Source: an uncultured Acidimicrobiia bacterium
Lineage (GTDB): Bacteria; Actinomycetota; Acidimicrobiia; Spongiisociales; UBA4744
Length of the DNA: 64,000 nt
Assembly: GCA_964594235.1 (NCBI GenBank)
Contig: CAZQMF010000002.1
Span: 5,697-69,696 of the forward strand
Direction of reading: 5' to 3'
Shown here: piece after piece, positions 27,117-36,018 of the stretch
Layout: each line of letters opens with the position of its first letter
How positions within the stretch are numbered: the first letter of the stretch is position 1
The notes under the pieces: generated by a model
What the model was told of the DNA's origin: nothing
What the model saw: the letters and a program-made list of their open reading frames with translations, nothing else
Databases searched by the model: none
Program-made: the position numbers and the translations under genes

Positions 27117-28378
27117 CAGACCGTTGCCAGTGCCTGCTCCAGATCCAGGATCAGATCGTCGGGGTGCTCCACCCCGATCGAGACTCGAACGAGCCCGTCG
27201 GTGATCCCATACCGCTTCTTGTCGACATCGGGCACACCGGCGTGTGTCATGGTGCCCGGATGTTCCGCCAGCGACTCATTGGATCCAAGGCTCACGGCCA
27301 GGTGGATCAATCGCAGAGCGTTCAGGAACCGGAACGCGCCGGCTTCCCCTCCGTCGACTTCGAATGAGATCATCGCGCCGGCGCCGAGGCACTGCTTCTC
27401 GTAGATCGCACGTTGCGGGTCGTGGGGTTCGATGAAACCCAGGTAGTTGACGTGGCTGACCTTCGGATGTCCGGCCAGGTAGTCGGCGACCTTCTCGGCG
27501 TTCTCGGCCTCCCGACGCATGCGCAGTGACAGCGTCTCCAGGCTGCGCATGAGGAGCCATCCGGTCCACGGCCCCGCATGGGTACCGAGGTGGCTGCGCA
27601 TCCCGCGGATCGGGCCGACATGAATCTCCGAGCCGAGGACCGCCCCCGCGATCAAGTCGCTGTGACCCCCCAAGTACTTGGTGGCACTGTAGATCACCAG
27701 GTCGGCGCCATGGTCGAGCGGACGCTGGAAGATCGGTCCGAGGAACGTGTTGTCGACGGCCAGTAGGACCTTGCGATCGGGAGTCGAAGCCGCCTGCGTC
27801 ACTGCGGCACACTCCTCTATGTCGAAGAGCGCGTTCGTCGGGTTGGCAGGTGTCTCGATGAGGATCATCCCGAGTGGCTTGCCCGAACTCGTCACTCGTC
27901 GCAGTAGCTGCTCCCGCGTCTCGTCGGGGAAGAACCCGATCGACTCGATGCCGAACTCGGGAAGGAACTCGTTGACCAGATGGTCTGTACCTCCGTAGAG
28001 GGGTTCGCTGTGCAGCAGGAGGTCGCCGGGTCGCAAGTGAACGAGCAGAGTCGTCGCGATCGCCGACATCCCGCTGCTGAACAGTGCTGCGGACTCGCTG
28101 CCGTCCCACAGACAGAGACGGTCCTCTGCGATCTCCAGATCGGGGTTGTTGAGGCGGCTGTAGATGAGGCCGACCTTCTCACCCGGTGCCGGTGGTCGTT
28201 TGCCTGTTGCGACTTCGAAAAACGCCTTGCCTTCTTCCGCGGTCTCGAACACGAATGTCGATGTCTGGAAGATGGGGCTCTTCACCGCCCCCTCGGACCA
28301 TGCCGGGTTGTAGCCGTACCCCATCATCAGGCTCTCGGGGCGAAGGTGCTTTCCCTCGATGGTGTCGTCCCACTTCAT
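27116..28378 (-). CDS. Cys/Met-metabolism PLP-dependent enzyme (cystathionine gamma-synthase / O-acylhomoserine sulfhydrylase / methionine gamma-lyase family)
   Basis: The start MKWDDTIEG... was chosen. It has YSRLNNP...SSGMSAIATTL...PLYGGT...DNTFLGPIFQRPLDHGADLVIYSATKYLGGHSDLIAGAV, with the PLP-Lys in SATKY. Confidence 0.8.
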   Translation of the reverse strand: MKWDDTIEGKHLRPESLMMGYGYNPAWSEGAVKSPIFQTSTFVFETAEEGKAFFEVATGKRPPAPGEKVGLIYSRLNNPDLEIAEDRLCLWDGSESAALFSSGMSAIATTLLVHLRPGDLLLHSEPLYGGTDHLVNEFLPEFGIESIGFFPDETREQLLRRVTSSGKPLGMILIETPANPTNALFDIEECAAVTQAASTPDRKVLLAVDNTFLGPIFQRPLDHGADLVIYSATKYLGGHSDLIAGAVLGSEIHVGPIRGMRSHLGTHAGPWTGWLLMRSLETLSLRMRREAENAEKVADYLAGHPKVSHVNYLGFIEPHDPQRAIYEKQCLGAGAMISFEVDGGEAGAFRFLNALRLIHLAVSLGSNESLAEHPGTMTHAGVPDVDKKRYGITDGLVRVSIGVEHPDDLILDLEQALATV

Positions 28379-28423
28379 AGCCGCTCCTATCCACGTGCAC
28401 ACCGTTCCCTTCAACGATAGGGT

Positions 28424-29674
28424 TTGAGAATGATCCGCGTTGCGCGTGCCGCGTCGATCCTGATGGTCGTGATTGCCGCAGCTTGTTCGTCGGAGCAGCA
28501 GCTTGCTCCAACACAGACGAGTGCGATGCCGACCACGACTCAGGCTCTCGCCTCCACGACAACGTCGACGACCGAGAGTGCGACTACCACAGTCGAGATC
28601 ACCACGACGACTACGACGACCACCCTCCCCGCGCTCAAAGGGGTGCAGTTCGACGAAGTGGCAGACGGCTTCAACGATCCGCTGTTCGTGACGACCGCCC
28701 CGGACAGCTCCGATCTGTACGTCGTCGAACAGGGCGGCATCATCAAAGTCGTCCGGGACGGTCAGGTCCTCGACCAGCCGTTTCTGGACATCCACAGCCT
28801 GGTGACCCATGGGGGGAACGAACAGGGTCTCCTCGGTCTGGCGTTTCAGCCGAACTACCCCAGCGACGCTCGAGTGTTCGTCGACTACACGAACACAAGC
28901 GGCAACACCACTGTCGCGTCCTATCGGGTCGTCGGCGGTATCGCCGACCCGTCCTCGGCAGAGGTGCTCTTGAGCGTGAAGCAGCCGGCCTCGAACCACA
29001 ACGGCGGCATGGTGGTGTTCGGTCCCGACGGCTACCTGTACATCGGCCTCGGTGACGGCGGCGCATCTGGGGACAGGTTCGGCAACGGACAGAGCACGGA
29101 CACGCCGCTTGCGGCGATCCTCCGCGTCGACGTGTCCGGGTCCACCGGGTACGCGATCCCGCCCGGCAATCCGTTCACAGGAGGGGCACCGGAGATCTGG
29201 GACTACGGACTACGAAACCCATGGCGCTTCTCGTTCGACAGCGGGCTTCTCTACATCGGCGATGTCGGTCAGGACCACTACGAGGAGGTGGACGTCGCCC
29301 CAGCCGACCACGGCGGACTGAACTTCGGCTGGCCCATCACCGAGGGACTGCACTGCTACAAGCCATCCCGAGGCTGTGACACGACGGGCATCACCATGCC
29401 GGTGATCGAGTACAGCCACACGGATGGCTGTTCGATCACGGGAGGGTACGTGTACCGGGGTTCGGTGATTCCGGAACTGGACGGGACGTACTTCTACGCC
29501 GACTACTGCTCCGGGTGGATTCGCAGTTTCCGCTATGTCGGCGGTGGGGCCACCGACGAGCAGCAGTGGATCGATTCGATTGGCAACGTCACGTCTTTCG
29601 GGCTCGACGCCGACGGCGAGTTGCTCGTGGTGACTCGTGGCGGAACGATCTACCGGATGGTGCCGGTGCGCTGA
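28424..29674 (+). CDS. PQQ-dependent sugar dehydrogenase (soluble glucose/sorbosone dehydrogenase family) lipoprotein with a Thr-rich linker
   Basis: It has a lipobox (MVVIAAAC), then a T-rich low-complexity stretch, then the beta-propeller GSDH blocks (GLLGLAFQPNY...NHNGGMVVFGPDGYLYIGLGDGG...LRNPWRFSFD...GWPITEG). Confidence 0.8.
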   Translation: MRMIRVARAASILMVVIAAACSSEQQLAPTQTSAMPTTTQALASTTTSTTESATTTVEITTTTTTTTLPALKGVQFDEVADGFNDPLFVTTAPDSSDLYVVEQGGIIKVVRDGQVLDQPFLDIHSLVTHGGNEQGLLGLAFQPNYPSDARVFVDYTNTSGNTTVASYRVVGGIADPSSAEVLLSVKQPASNHNGGMVVFGPDGYLYIGLGDGGASGDRFGNGQSTDTPLAAILRVDVSGSTGYAIPPGNPFTGGAPEIWDYGLRNPWRFSFDSGLLYIGDVGQDHYEEVDVAPADHGGLNFGWPITEGLHCYKPSRGCDTTGITMPVIEYSHTDGCSITGGYVYRGSVIPELDGTYFYADYCSGWIRSFRYVGGGATDEQQWIDSIGNVTSFGLDADGELLVVTRGGTIYRMVPVR

Positions 29675-29675
29675 A

Positions 29676-29792
29676 CGTCCCCGTTCTTGTCAATCTCAGC
29701 CCCGCTGGCCGGGGCCCAGGTTGACGAGAACCAGACCCCTCCGTTCATGTCAATCTCAGCCCCGCTGGCCGGGGCCCAGGTTGACAAGAAGG
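29676..29792. repeat. Tandem direct duplication (2 x about 55 bp, period 60 bp) of an imperfect palindromic element GTCAATCTCAGCCCCG-CTGGC-CGGGGCCCAGGTTGAC. It fills the entire convergent intergenic space.
   Basis: Copy 1 is 29679-29730 and copy 2 is 29736-29790. The flanks ccgttc(t/a)tgtcaatc and ttgac(g/a)agaa are also conserved, so it is a duplication and not CRISPR. Confidence 0.65.
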
Positions 29793-29794
29793 CG

Positions 29795-30442
29795 CTAGGT
29801 CCGGGGCCCGCGACCTCGCCGGGCGTAGCGCGGGTATGGCCGGCCGGCAGGCCAGTAGCCCTGCCGGCGGTATGCCCAGTACTCGAACGGGTTGTGGTAG
29901 TAGGCGAACGTGTCGACGTTCTTCTGCAGGCCATCGCGCCGTCGGACCCATGCGGCAGTGCCGGCTAGTGCACCCAGGGCTGTCCAGGCGCCGTAGAGGA
30001 GCGGGAAGACAGGTCCGAACAATCGCGCTTGCCAGACGTGGACCATCTCGTGTCGTTCGAGCAAGTCGCGTCGGCCGCCCAGGTTGGTAACCGTGTTGCC
30101 GACCGTCATTGCGAAGTGCTTCCGCACGGTGACGCCGGTGTCGTAGACGTGACGGTTCTGCCGTTCGCTGAGGTCGGGTCGGTATGTTCCCCGGTCGCGT
30201 CTCGTCTGCTGCAGCGCGTGGACGCCGAGCGCTGCTCCCGTACCGATCAGCCCCCAGGTCGAATCCAGCACGTAGGCGACCCAGCCTGCGGGCCGGTTCC
30301 AGTCGTAGATCCGTCGGGAGCCGGATACGAGCCCGTTGAGGCCGCCGACCACCGCGCCGGGAACGCCGAGTCCGAGGGGAGTCAGTGCCGCTCCACCCAG
30401 TACCGCTCCTGACACGCCGGTCGCGAGCGTCTCACCGTTCAC
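29795..30442 (-). CDS. Hypothetical membrane protein with a Gly-zipper N-terminus and an HExxH motif (LLERHEMVHVWQ)
   Basis: The candidate GTG start at 30442 overlaps the stop of the upstream CPBP gene (GTGA). It has a Gly-rich hydrophobic N-terminus (GAVLGGAALTPLGLGVPGAVVGGLNGLVSG) and a C-terminal region with HEMVH and FAYYHNPFEYW. The longer 484-aa ORF in the track would overlap the CPBP gene. Confidence 0.4.
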   Translation of the reverse strand: MNGETLATGVSGAVLGGAALTPLGLGVPGAVVGGLNGLVSGSRRIYDWNRPAGWVAYVLDSTWGLIGTGAALGVHALQQTRRDRGTYRPDLSERQNRHVYDTGVTVRKHFAMTVGNTVTNLGGRRDLLERHEMVHVWQARLFGPVFPLLYGAWTALGALAGTAAWVRRRDGLQKNVDTFAYYHNPFEYWAYRRQGYWPAGRPYPRYARRGRGPRT

Positions 30443-31296
30443 AGCAACCCCTTGTGGAACAGCGCGAGGAGGTCCATGGCCCCTGCGATGGAGATGTGCA
30501 GCGCCGCTCCCCACCACACAGACCGGGTCTTGAGGCTCAGCGTGCCGAGTACGATCGCACCGAACATCGCCGCCAGCGCCTCGAGAATCGGCTTGGGGAA
30601 GTGCAGCATCACGTACGGGACCATCATCACGAAGATCGCCGAGTACCCGAGCCGCAGCTTCAGCCCGTGCACCATGAATCCTCTGAAGAAGAACTCCAAC
30701 GCGGCGAACTGGAGCGCGTAGAGCACCCACCACAACCACATGTACGGCCAGAAACTCTCGCCCGGTCCGAGGTGATAGAAGGAATACTTGGCGAGGAACG
30801 GAGCCGACGACGACACAACGATGATGAACGGCATACTCACGGCAAGAAGCAGCGCATACACCCACACGTGCGACGCCGAGCCTCGAACTCTCAGTCCAAA
30901 GTCTCGCAGCCGGCCGCCTATCACATAACGGATTGCGAACACCGGGATGGCCACGTACGCGAAGATGTGCACGATCGCCCACAGGGCGAGTCCGTTGAAT
31001 TGGGCCGAGGGCGACGTCGTGAGCCAGGCATCGACCCCGTCGGCGGCTCCTCCGAGACCCACCGTGTGCAGGAGCGTCACGAGCCACCAACCGTCGCGGG
31101 ATGCGTAGTCTCGGATCAGGAGGGCCAACGCCGAGGCAACGAGGATCGTCACCATGTCTCTGGTTGCCTTCGCCTCGGACGTCACCTCGCGATAGAGGTC
31201 CGATTCGGCATCGGCGGTCACCCGCACGTCCGTGACGTAGGTCTGCCACAGGCGGACCGGGAGCGACGGTGTGCGCGGGAGGGTTTCGATGGCCAC
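30439..31296 (-). CDS. CPBP-family intramembrane metalloprotease (CAAX protease / Abi)
   Basis: It has multiple TM helices, motif 1 EExxxR (ALEFFFRGF) and later conserved His-containing helices (FGAIVLGTL...ALHISIAGAMD). Confidence 0.75.
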   Translation of the reverse strand: MAIETLPRTPSLPVRLWQTYVTDVRVTADAESDLYREVTSEAKATRDMVTILVASALALLIRDYASRDGWWLVTLLHTVGLGGAADGVDAWLTTSPSAQFNGLALWAIVHIFAYVAIPVFAIRYVIGGRLRDFGLRVRGSASHVWVYALLLAVSMPFIIVVSSSAPFLAKYSFYHLGPGESFWPYMWLWWVLYALQFAALEFFFRGFMVHGLKLRLGYSAIFVMMVPYVMLHFPKPILEALAAMFGAIVLGTLSLKTRSVWWGAALHISIAGAMDLLALFHKGLL

Positions 31297-31340
31297 GCAG
31301 GCAGGCTACCGGCTGTTGTTGGTCTCACCCCGTTACTACT

Positions 31341-31772
31341 GTGATCCAGAGGAGGGTGTCACTGGACGAGACGGAAGCACTCCATCGACTCGTAGCGGCT
31401 CGGTCCGGCTATCTCGCCACCGCCGGTTCCGATGGCCGTCCGCACATTGTCCCGTTGGTCTTCGCCGTCGATGACCGCACGATCGTGTCGATGGTCGACG
31501 CAAAACCAAAACGGAGCACCGATCTGCGGCGCGTTCGCAACATCCGCGACAATCCGTCGGTGAGCGTGCTCGCCGACCACTACGAACCGGACTGGTCTCG
31601 GCTCTGGTGGGTGCGAGCCGACGGAACGGCGCACATCCTCGACTCGGGTTTCGAGCAGGTCGCAGGACTCCTCCGTGCGAAGTACCCGCAGTACGTCGAC
31701 ATCGACCTCGTCGGTCCGGCGATCATCATCGACATCGAGCGGGTTGCCGGGTGGGCGAGTTCCACCAGGTGA
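31341..31772 (+). CDS. PPOX-class (pyridoxamine 5'-phosphate oxidase-like) probable F420/FMN-dependent split-barrel protein
   Basis: It has LVAARSGYLATAGSDGRPHIVPLVFAVDDRTIV...NIRDNPSVSVLADHYEPDWSRLWWVRADGTA, the typical PPOX class F420-dependent family. The start is uncertain (GTG 31341, GTG 31356 or ATG 31269). Confidence 0.55.
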   Translation: MIQRRVSLDETEALHRLVAARSGYLATAGSDGRPHIVPLVFAVDDRTIVSMVDAKPKRSTDLRRVRNIRDNPSVSVLADHYEPDWSRLWWVRADGTAHILDSGFEQVAGLLRAKYPQYVDIDLVGPAIIIDIERVAGWASSTR

Positions 31773-31809
31773 ACGGGCTCCGTCCCAACCCCCTGGTACG
31801 CTCGCCGAA

Positions 31810-33483
31810 ATGACTGAGCAGCAGCCCGTCGGTCGGGTCATCGGCACCGAAGACGCCACGCCACTCGAGTTCTGGGTCGGCGTCGAGGAAGGCCAGTACC
31901 TCCAGTTGGACGACGTCGTCGCTCTCGAACGCACCCTGCCCGCAGGCGATGTGGTTCACATCTACGGGATGGTCGAACAGGTTCGTGCCCGTCACGAGGG
32001 TGCCAGGTTCGACTCGGACGTGTTCCTCATCGAAGACGGTGTCCTTCCTGCCGAGGTGAGCGAGGCGGCCAAGGTCGTCGCGACCCGGTTCGAACCCGAG
32101 ACGTTCGTGCCGCCCCGGCCCGGTCAGGCCGTCCGGCGAGCGGTCGGCGAGGATCGAGACAAAGCGTTGTTCTTCGATCAGATGGTCGAACGTATCCCCG
32201 TGGGTCTGTCGAGAGCCGGTGAACCCATGTTCGTCAACCTCGAGTTTCTCGACGGCACTCGTGGCGCCCACGTCAACATCTCCGGTGTGTCCGGTGTCGC
32301 CACCAAGACCACCTATGCGACATTCCTGCTGCACAGCCTGTTCACCTCAGGTGTGCTTGGCGCCAAAGCGGTGAACACCAAGGCGCTGATCTTCAACGTC
32401 AAAGGCGAAGATCTGTTGTATCTCGATCGCCCGAATCTGTCGCTCGATGCCGCCCAGCGCGACAAGTACGCGCCACTCGGGCTGCCCGCCGACCCGTTCC
32501 GCTCGGTCAGCATCTACGCCCCTCCGAAGCACGGGTCGAAGACCGGCGCCCCCGACGTCGCCTCCCGCCACGAGGGCGTCACGCCGTTCTTCTGGTCTCT
32601 CGCCGAGTTCTGCTCCGACGACCTGCTCCCGTTCTTGTTCGCCGGCGCCGAGGACGATCGGGCCCACTACTCGATGGTCGTGTACAACGTCATGGCCCAG
32701 CTCCACAAGGCGATCCGGCTCGACGACGGAGGTGTCGCCATCGACGGGCAAGAGATCCTCACCTTTCGCGATCTCGTCGACTTCATCACGACCAAGGTTC
32801 AGGACGAGGAGACTCGATACGAGTGGGCGGGTCCGGCGATCGGTGCCGGGACCGTCAACGCGTTCGTTCGGAGGCTCCACGGTGCGGTTCGCCATGTCGA
32901 GCACCTCATCAGAGGTGACCTGTCGAACGTCCACCCGATCGAACTCCAGAAGCAGATCACCGTCGTCGACATCCACAACCTCAACGACAGGGCAAAACGC
33001 TTCGTGGTCGGCGTCACGGTCCGGCGTGCCTTCGAGGACAAGGAACGCCAGGGGCACTCCGACGAGCTGCTGTTTTTGGTTCTCGACGAACTGAACAAGT
33101 ATGCGCCGAGGGAGGGGTATAGCCCGATCAAAGAGATCCTGCTCGACGTTGCCGAACGGGGACGGTCGCTGGGCGTGATCCTCATCGGCGCGCAGCAAAC
33201 GGCCTCTGAGGTCGAGCGGCGCATCATCGCCAACTCGGCGATCAGGGTGGTCGGCCGTCTCGACTCGGCGGAAGCGAGTCGAGAGGAGTACGGGTTCCTT
33301 CCCGGCGTCCAGCGGCAACGAGCCACCATCATGAAGCCCGGCACGATGCTCGTCTCGCAACCGGAACTGCCGATCCCGGTCACCGTCGAGTTTCCGTTCC
33401 CCGCGTGGGCGACTCGGGTCTCGGAGGCGGGCCCGGCACCCGGCGGCGGGAACGGCCCGGCCGATCCGTTCGACGGGCTGTAG
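31810..33483 (+). CDS. HerA-like / FtsK-like (DUF87) ATPase with an N-terminal HAS-barrel-like domain and a non-canonical P-loop
   Basis: It has an N-terminal barrel-like region (GRVIGTEDATPLEFWVGVEEGQYLQLDDVVAL), a P-loop-like GVSGVATKT (no GK[ST] dipeptide), Walker B (LLFLVLDELNKYAP) and a C-terminal SLGVILIGAQQTASEV (the TQ-motif region of HerA/VirB4-type ATPases). Confidence 0.65.
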   Translation: MTEQQPVGRVIGTEDATPLEFWVGVEEGQYLQLDDVVALERTLPAGDVVHIYGMVEQVRARHEGARFDSDVFLIEDGVLPAEVSEAAKVVATRFEPETFVPPRPGQAVRRAVGEDRDKALFFDQMVERIPVGLSRAGEPMFVNLEFLDGTRGAHVNISGVSGVATKTTYATFLLHSLFTSGVLGAKAVNTKALIFNVKGEDLLYLDRPNLSLDAAQRDKYAPLGLPADPFRSVSIYAPPKHGSKTGAPDVASRHEGVTPFFWSLAEFCSDDLLPFLFAGAEDDRAHYSMVVYNVMAQLHKAIRLDDGGVAIDGQEILTFRDLVDFITTKVQDEETRYEWAGPAIGAGTVNAFVRRLHGAVRHVEHLIRGDLSNVHPIELQKQITVVDIHNLNDRAKRFVVGVTVRRAFEDKERQGHSDELLFLVLDELNKYAPREGYSPIKEILLDVAERGRSLGVILIGAQQTASEVERRIIANSAIRVVGRLDSAEASREEYGFLPGVQRQRATIMKPGTMLVSQPELPIPVTVEFPFPAWATRVSEAGPAPGGGNGPADPFDGL

Positions 33484-33531
33484 GCCCACTCCAGACGACA
33501 TCGGTCCGGTGACGGTGACTACCGTCACGGT

Positions 33532-34635
33532 GTGGGTTCGGTGATCCTCATCGTTGCGTTCCTCGGATTCCCTGCGGTGGCCACGTGGGGAGCTCGCAGG
33601 TTCAAACCGCTCGAGTTTCTCGGACCGATCGTGCTCTGCTACCTGTTCGGAATCGCCCTCGGGAACATGTTCACCATCGATACCGATCTGGCGACGACGT
33701 TCACCGAGGCGACGGTCGTCCTCGCCATTCCACTCCTGTTGTTCACCACCGACTTCAGGGCGTGGCTCCGGATCGCCCGTCCGGCCGTCGTGTCCTTCGC
33801 GCTCGCCACGATCGCCGTCGTGATCACTTCGACGATCGCGACGTTGGTCCTGTCGGTCGCCCACGACTGGCAGATGGCCGGCATGACCGTCGGCGTCTAC
33901 ACGGGAGGCACGCCCAACATGAGCGCAGTCGGCATCGCGCTGGACGTACCGGACGAGACGTTCGTTCTCATGAATGGGGCCGACGTGATCCTCTCCGGCC
34001 TCTATCTCCTGTTCCTCCTGTCGATCGCTCAGCGGGTCCTTGGTCGGTTCCTTCCCGCATTCGACGTGTCCCGTTTCGGCGGCGACACCACGGAAGACGC
34101 GAAGGTCGCACCGAAGGTTCGGAACGTGGTTCTGGCCCTCGCAACCAGCATCGGCGCTTCCGCCGTCGCGGTCGGACTTGTCTACCTCTTCGCCCCCGAC
34201 CTGCCCATCGCTTTGGTGATCCTGTCCATCACGACGGTCGGGGTCCTCGCTTCGTTCGTGCCGAAGATCAGGACACTTCCCGGGACGTTCGAGACGGGCG
34301 AGTTTCTCCTCCTCATCTTCGCCGTTGCCATCGGCACACTCGCCAACGTGCGGCAACTCGCCGGGGCGTTCGGGGGAGTGTTCCTCTTCGTCGCCGTGGT
34401 GCTCATCGGGGCGATCGTGTTGCACTACGTGCTGGCTGCAATCTTCCGAATCGACACCGACACCGTCCTGATCACCTCGACCGCCGCCGTGTTCGGACCG
34501 GCGTTCGTGCCGACCGTGGCGGGAGCGTTGAAGAACCGAGCAATCATCGTGTCGGGGTTGACGACCGGGGTGGTCGGCTACGCGATCGGCAACTATGCCG
34601 GCATCGCGCTGGCCTATCTGCTCAAGCCTGGATAG
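33532..34635 (+). CDS. DUF819-like polytopic membrane protein
   Basis: 367 aa with about 10-12 hydrophobic helices. It has a two-fold internal repeat architecture with conserved Gly/Pro loops (VYTGGTPNMSAVG...; LITSTAAVFGPAF). Confidence 0.55.
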   Translation: MGSVILIVAFLGFPAVATWGARRFKPLEFLGPIVLCYLFGIALGNMFTIDTDLATTFTEATVVLAIPLLLFTTDFRAWLRIARPAVVSFALATIAVVITSTIATLVLSVAHDWQMAGMTVGVYTGGTPNMSAVGIALDVPDETFVLMNGADVILSGLYLLFLLSIAQRVLGRFLPAFDVSRFGGDTTEDAKVAPKVRNVVLALATSIGASAVAVGLVYLFAPDLPIALVILSITTVGVLASFVPKIRTLPGTFETGEFLLLIFAVAIGTLANVRQLAGAFGGVFLFVAVVLIGAIVLHYVLAAIFRIDTDTVLITSTAAVFGPAFVPTVAGALKNRAIIVSGLTTGVVGYAIGNYAGIALAYLLKPG

Positions 34636-35955
34636 CTACAGCGAGTACAAGCCGTCGAGGGTCTGAAGCACGATCTCGTGCAGGGTGCCGTCATCCGGCA
34701 GCGTTGTCATCATCCCGTACATCGCCGCCTGTCCGCTCGATGCCAGCTCGGGATGCGCTCGCACATCGTCGACGGCGCTCCGAAGATCGTCCAGGAACTC
34801 TTCCACGATCCCTGCGTGGGCAGGTGTCACCATGAAGTGGAGCGACGCCGGCTTGATCTGCCGGTCGACATGCCACCCGCGAGCCTCCAACGCGTCCCCG
34901 ACCGCGTAGGTGTCGACATCGACTCCCCGGAAAGCGAAGACGCTCAGTCTGGGGTCTCCGAGGATCTCCAAACCCTCCACCTTTCGGACTCCTTCGACAA
35001 GCCGCCGCGAGATGTCGAGGATCTGCTCGGTTATCGCCAGGTAGCCGTTCTGGCCGATCGCCTGCATAGCCGCCCACGCGGCCGCAATCGGCCCACCGGG
35101 GCGGGTGCCGGCCATCGACGGTGAGGCGTAGATTCCTCCCGGCCAGTCGCTGGTGACATGGAATTGAAACCTGCGGAGCTCAGGCGTTCGGTAGAGGATG
35201 GTGGATGCCCCTTTGGCCCCGAACCCGTACTTGTGAACATCAGCAGACATCGACGTCACACCGGACGCACGGAAGTCCCACACGCCGAGTGAGACTCCGA
35301 GTTGTTCAGCCCACGGAACGAGGAAGCCGCCCAGGCAGGCATCGACGTGCATCCCGATGTCATGCGCGGCGGCGATCGACGCCAGCTCCTCGATCGGGTC
35401 GACCTGACCGAACGGGTAGTCGGGAGCCGAGCCGACCATGAGGATCGTGTTCGGGGTGATGGCTGCCTCCATCGCCCCCAGGTCGGCCCTCAGGTCATCT
35501 GCCAGGGGGACCCGCACCTGTCGCACCCCGAAGTAGGCGGCAGCCTTGTCGAACGCTGCGTGCGCGGTCACAGGCAACACCATCTCTGGTTCCGAGTTCC
35601 CCTTGGTCGCCGCCGCCCAGTCTCTGTACGTCTTCACGGTCGCGAGCAGGCTCTCCGTGCCACCGGAGGTCATTGTGCCGGCGACCTGAGCGTCCCCGTT
35701 GAGCATCGTGGCGGTCATGCGAACCACCTCGGCCTCGAACCGACGCAACGCGGGAAACGCCATCGGGTTGAGTGCATTCTCGGAGAAGAACAGCCCGTGG
35801 GCGTCCTTCAGGAATGTCGTGTGGTCGTCGCCGGCGTGATAGACGAGACTCCACGTGCGACCGTCCTCCCAACTCGCTTCGGCCTCCGCGAGAGACTTCA
35901 TCTCGCTCAGGATCTGGTCGTGTGGTCTGCCGACAGGCGGGATCTGGGTGTCCAT
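34636..35955 (-). CDS. PLP-dependent decarboxylase (group II; glutamate decarboxylase / sphingosine-1-phosphate lyase-like)
   Basis: Start MDTQIPP. It has TSGGTESLL...HVDACLGGF...the PLP-Lys in SADVHKYGFGAKGAS. Confidence 0.8.
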   Translation of the reverse strand: MDTQIPPVGRPHDQILSEMKSLAEAEASWEDGRTWSLVYHAGDDHTTFLKDAHGLFFSENALNPMAFPALRRFEAEVVRMTATMLNGDAQVAGTMTSGGTESLLATVKTYRDWAAATKGNSEPEMVLPVTAHAAFDKAAAYFGVRQVRVPLADDLRADLGAMEAAITPNTILMVGSAPDYPFGQVDPIEELASIAAAHDIGMHVDACLGGFLVPWAEQLGVSLGVWDFRASGVTSMSADVHKYGFGAKGASTILYRTPELRRFQFHVTSDWPGGIYASPSMAGTRPGGPIAAAWAAMQAIGQNGYLAITEQILDISRRLVEGVRKVEGLEILGDPRLSVFAFRGVDVDTYAVGDALEARGWHVDRQIKPASLHFMVTPAHAGIVEEFLDDLRSAVDDVRAHPELASSGQAAMYGMMTTLPDDGTLHEIVLQTLDGLYSL

Positions 35956-36018
35956 GACCGCAGCGTAGCGACGACGGGTGACGCGGTTGCGTCCCTCGTC
36001 GTCGGTACCATCGGCGCG

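Noticed and set aside
29676-29792. Possible mini-CRISPR (two 37-bp repeats)
   Set aside because: The 'spacer' and flanks are also conserved between the two copies, so it is a tandem duplication. There are only two units and no cas genes.
29795-31249. Full 484-aa minus-strand ORF
   Set aside because: The upstream two-thirds overlaps the CPBP protease gene in another frame and is Arg/Gly-rich. Only the 3' part from GTG 30442 is kept.
32347-34425. 692-aa minus-strand ORF
   Set aside because: It is antisense to the HerA-like ATPase and the DUF819 membrane protein. It has an extreme Arg/Asp/Gly composition.
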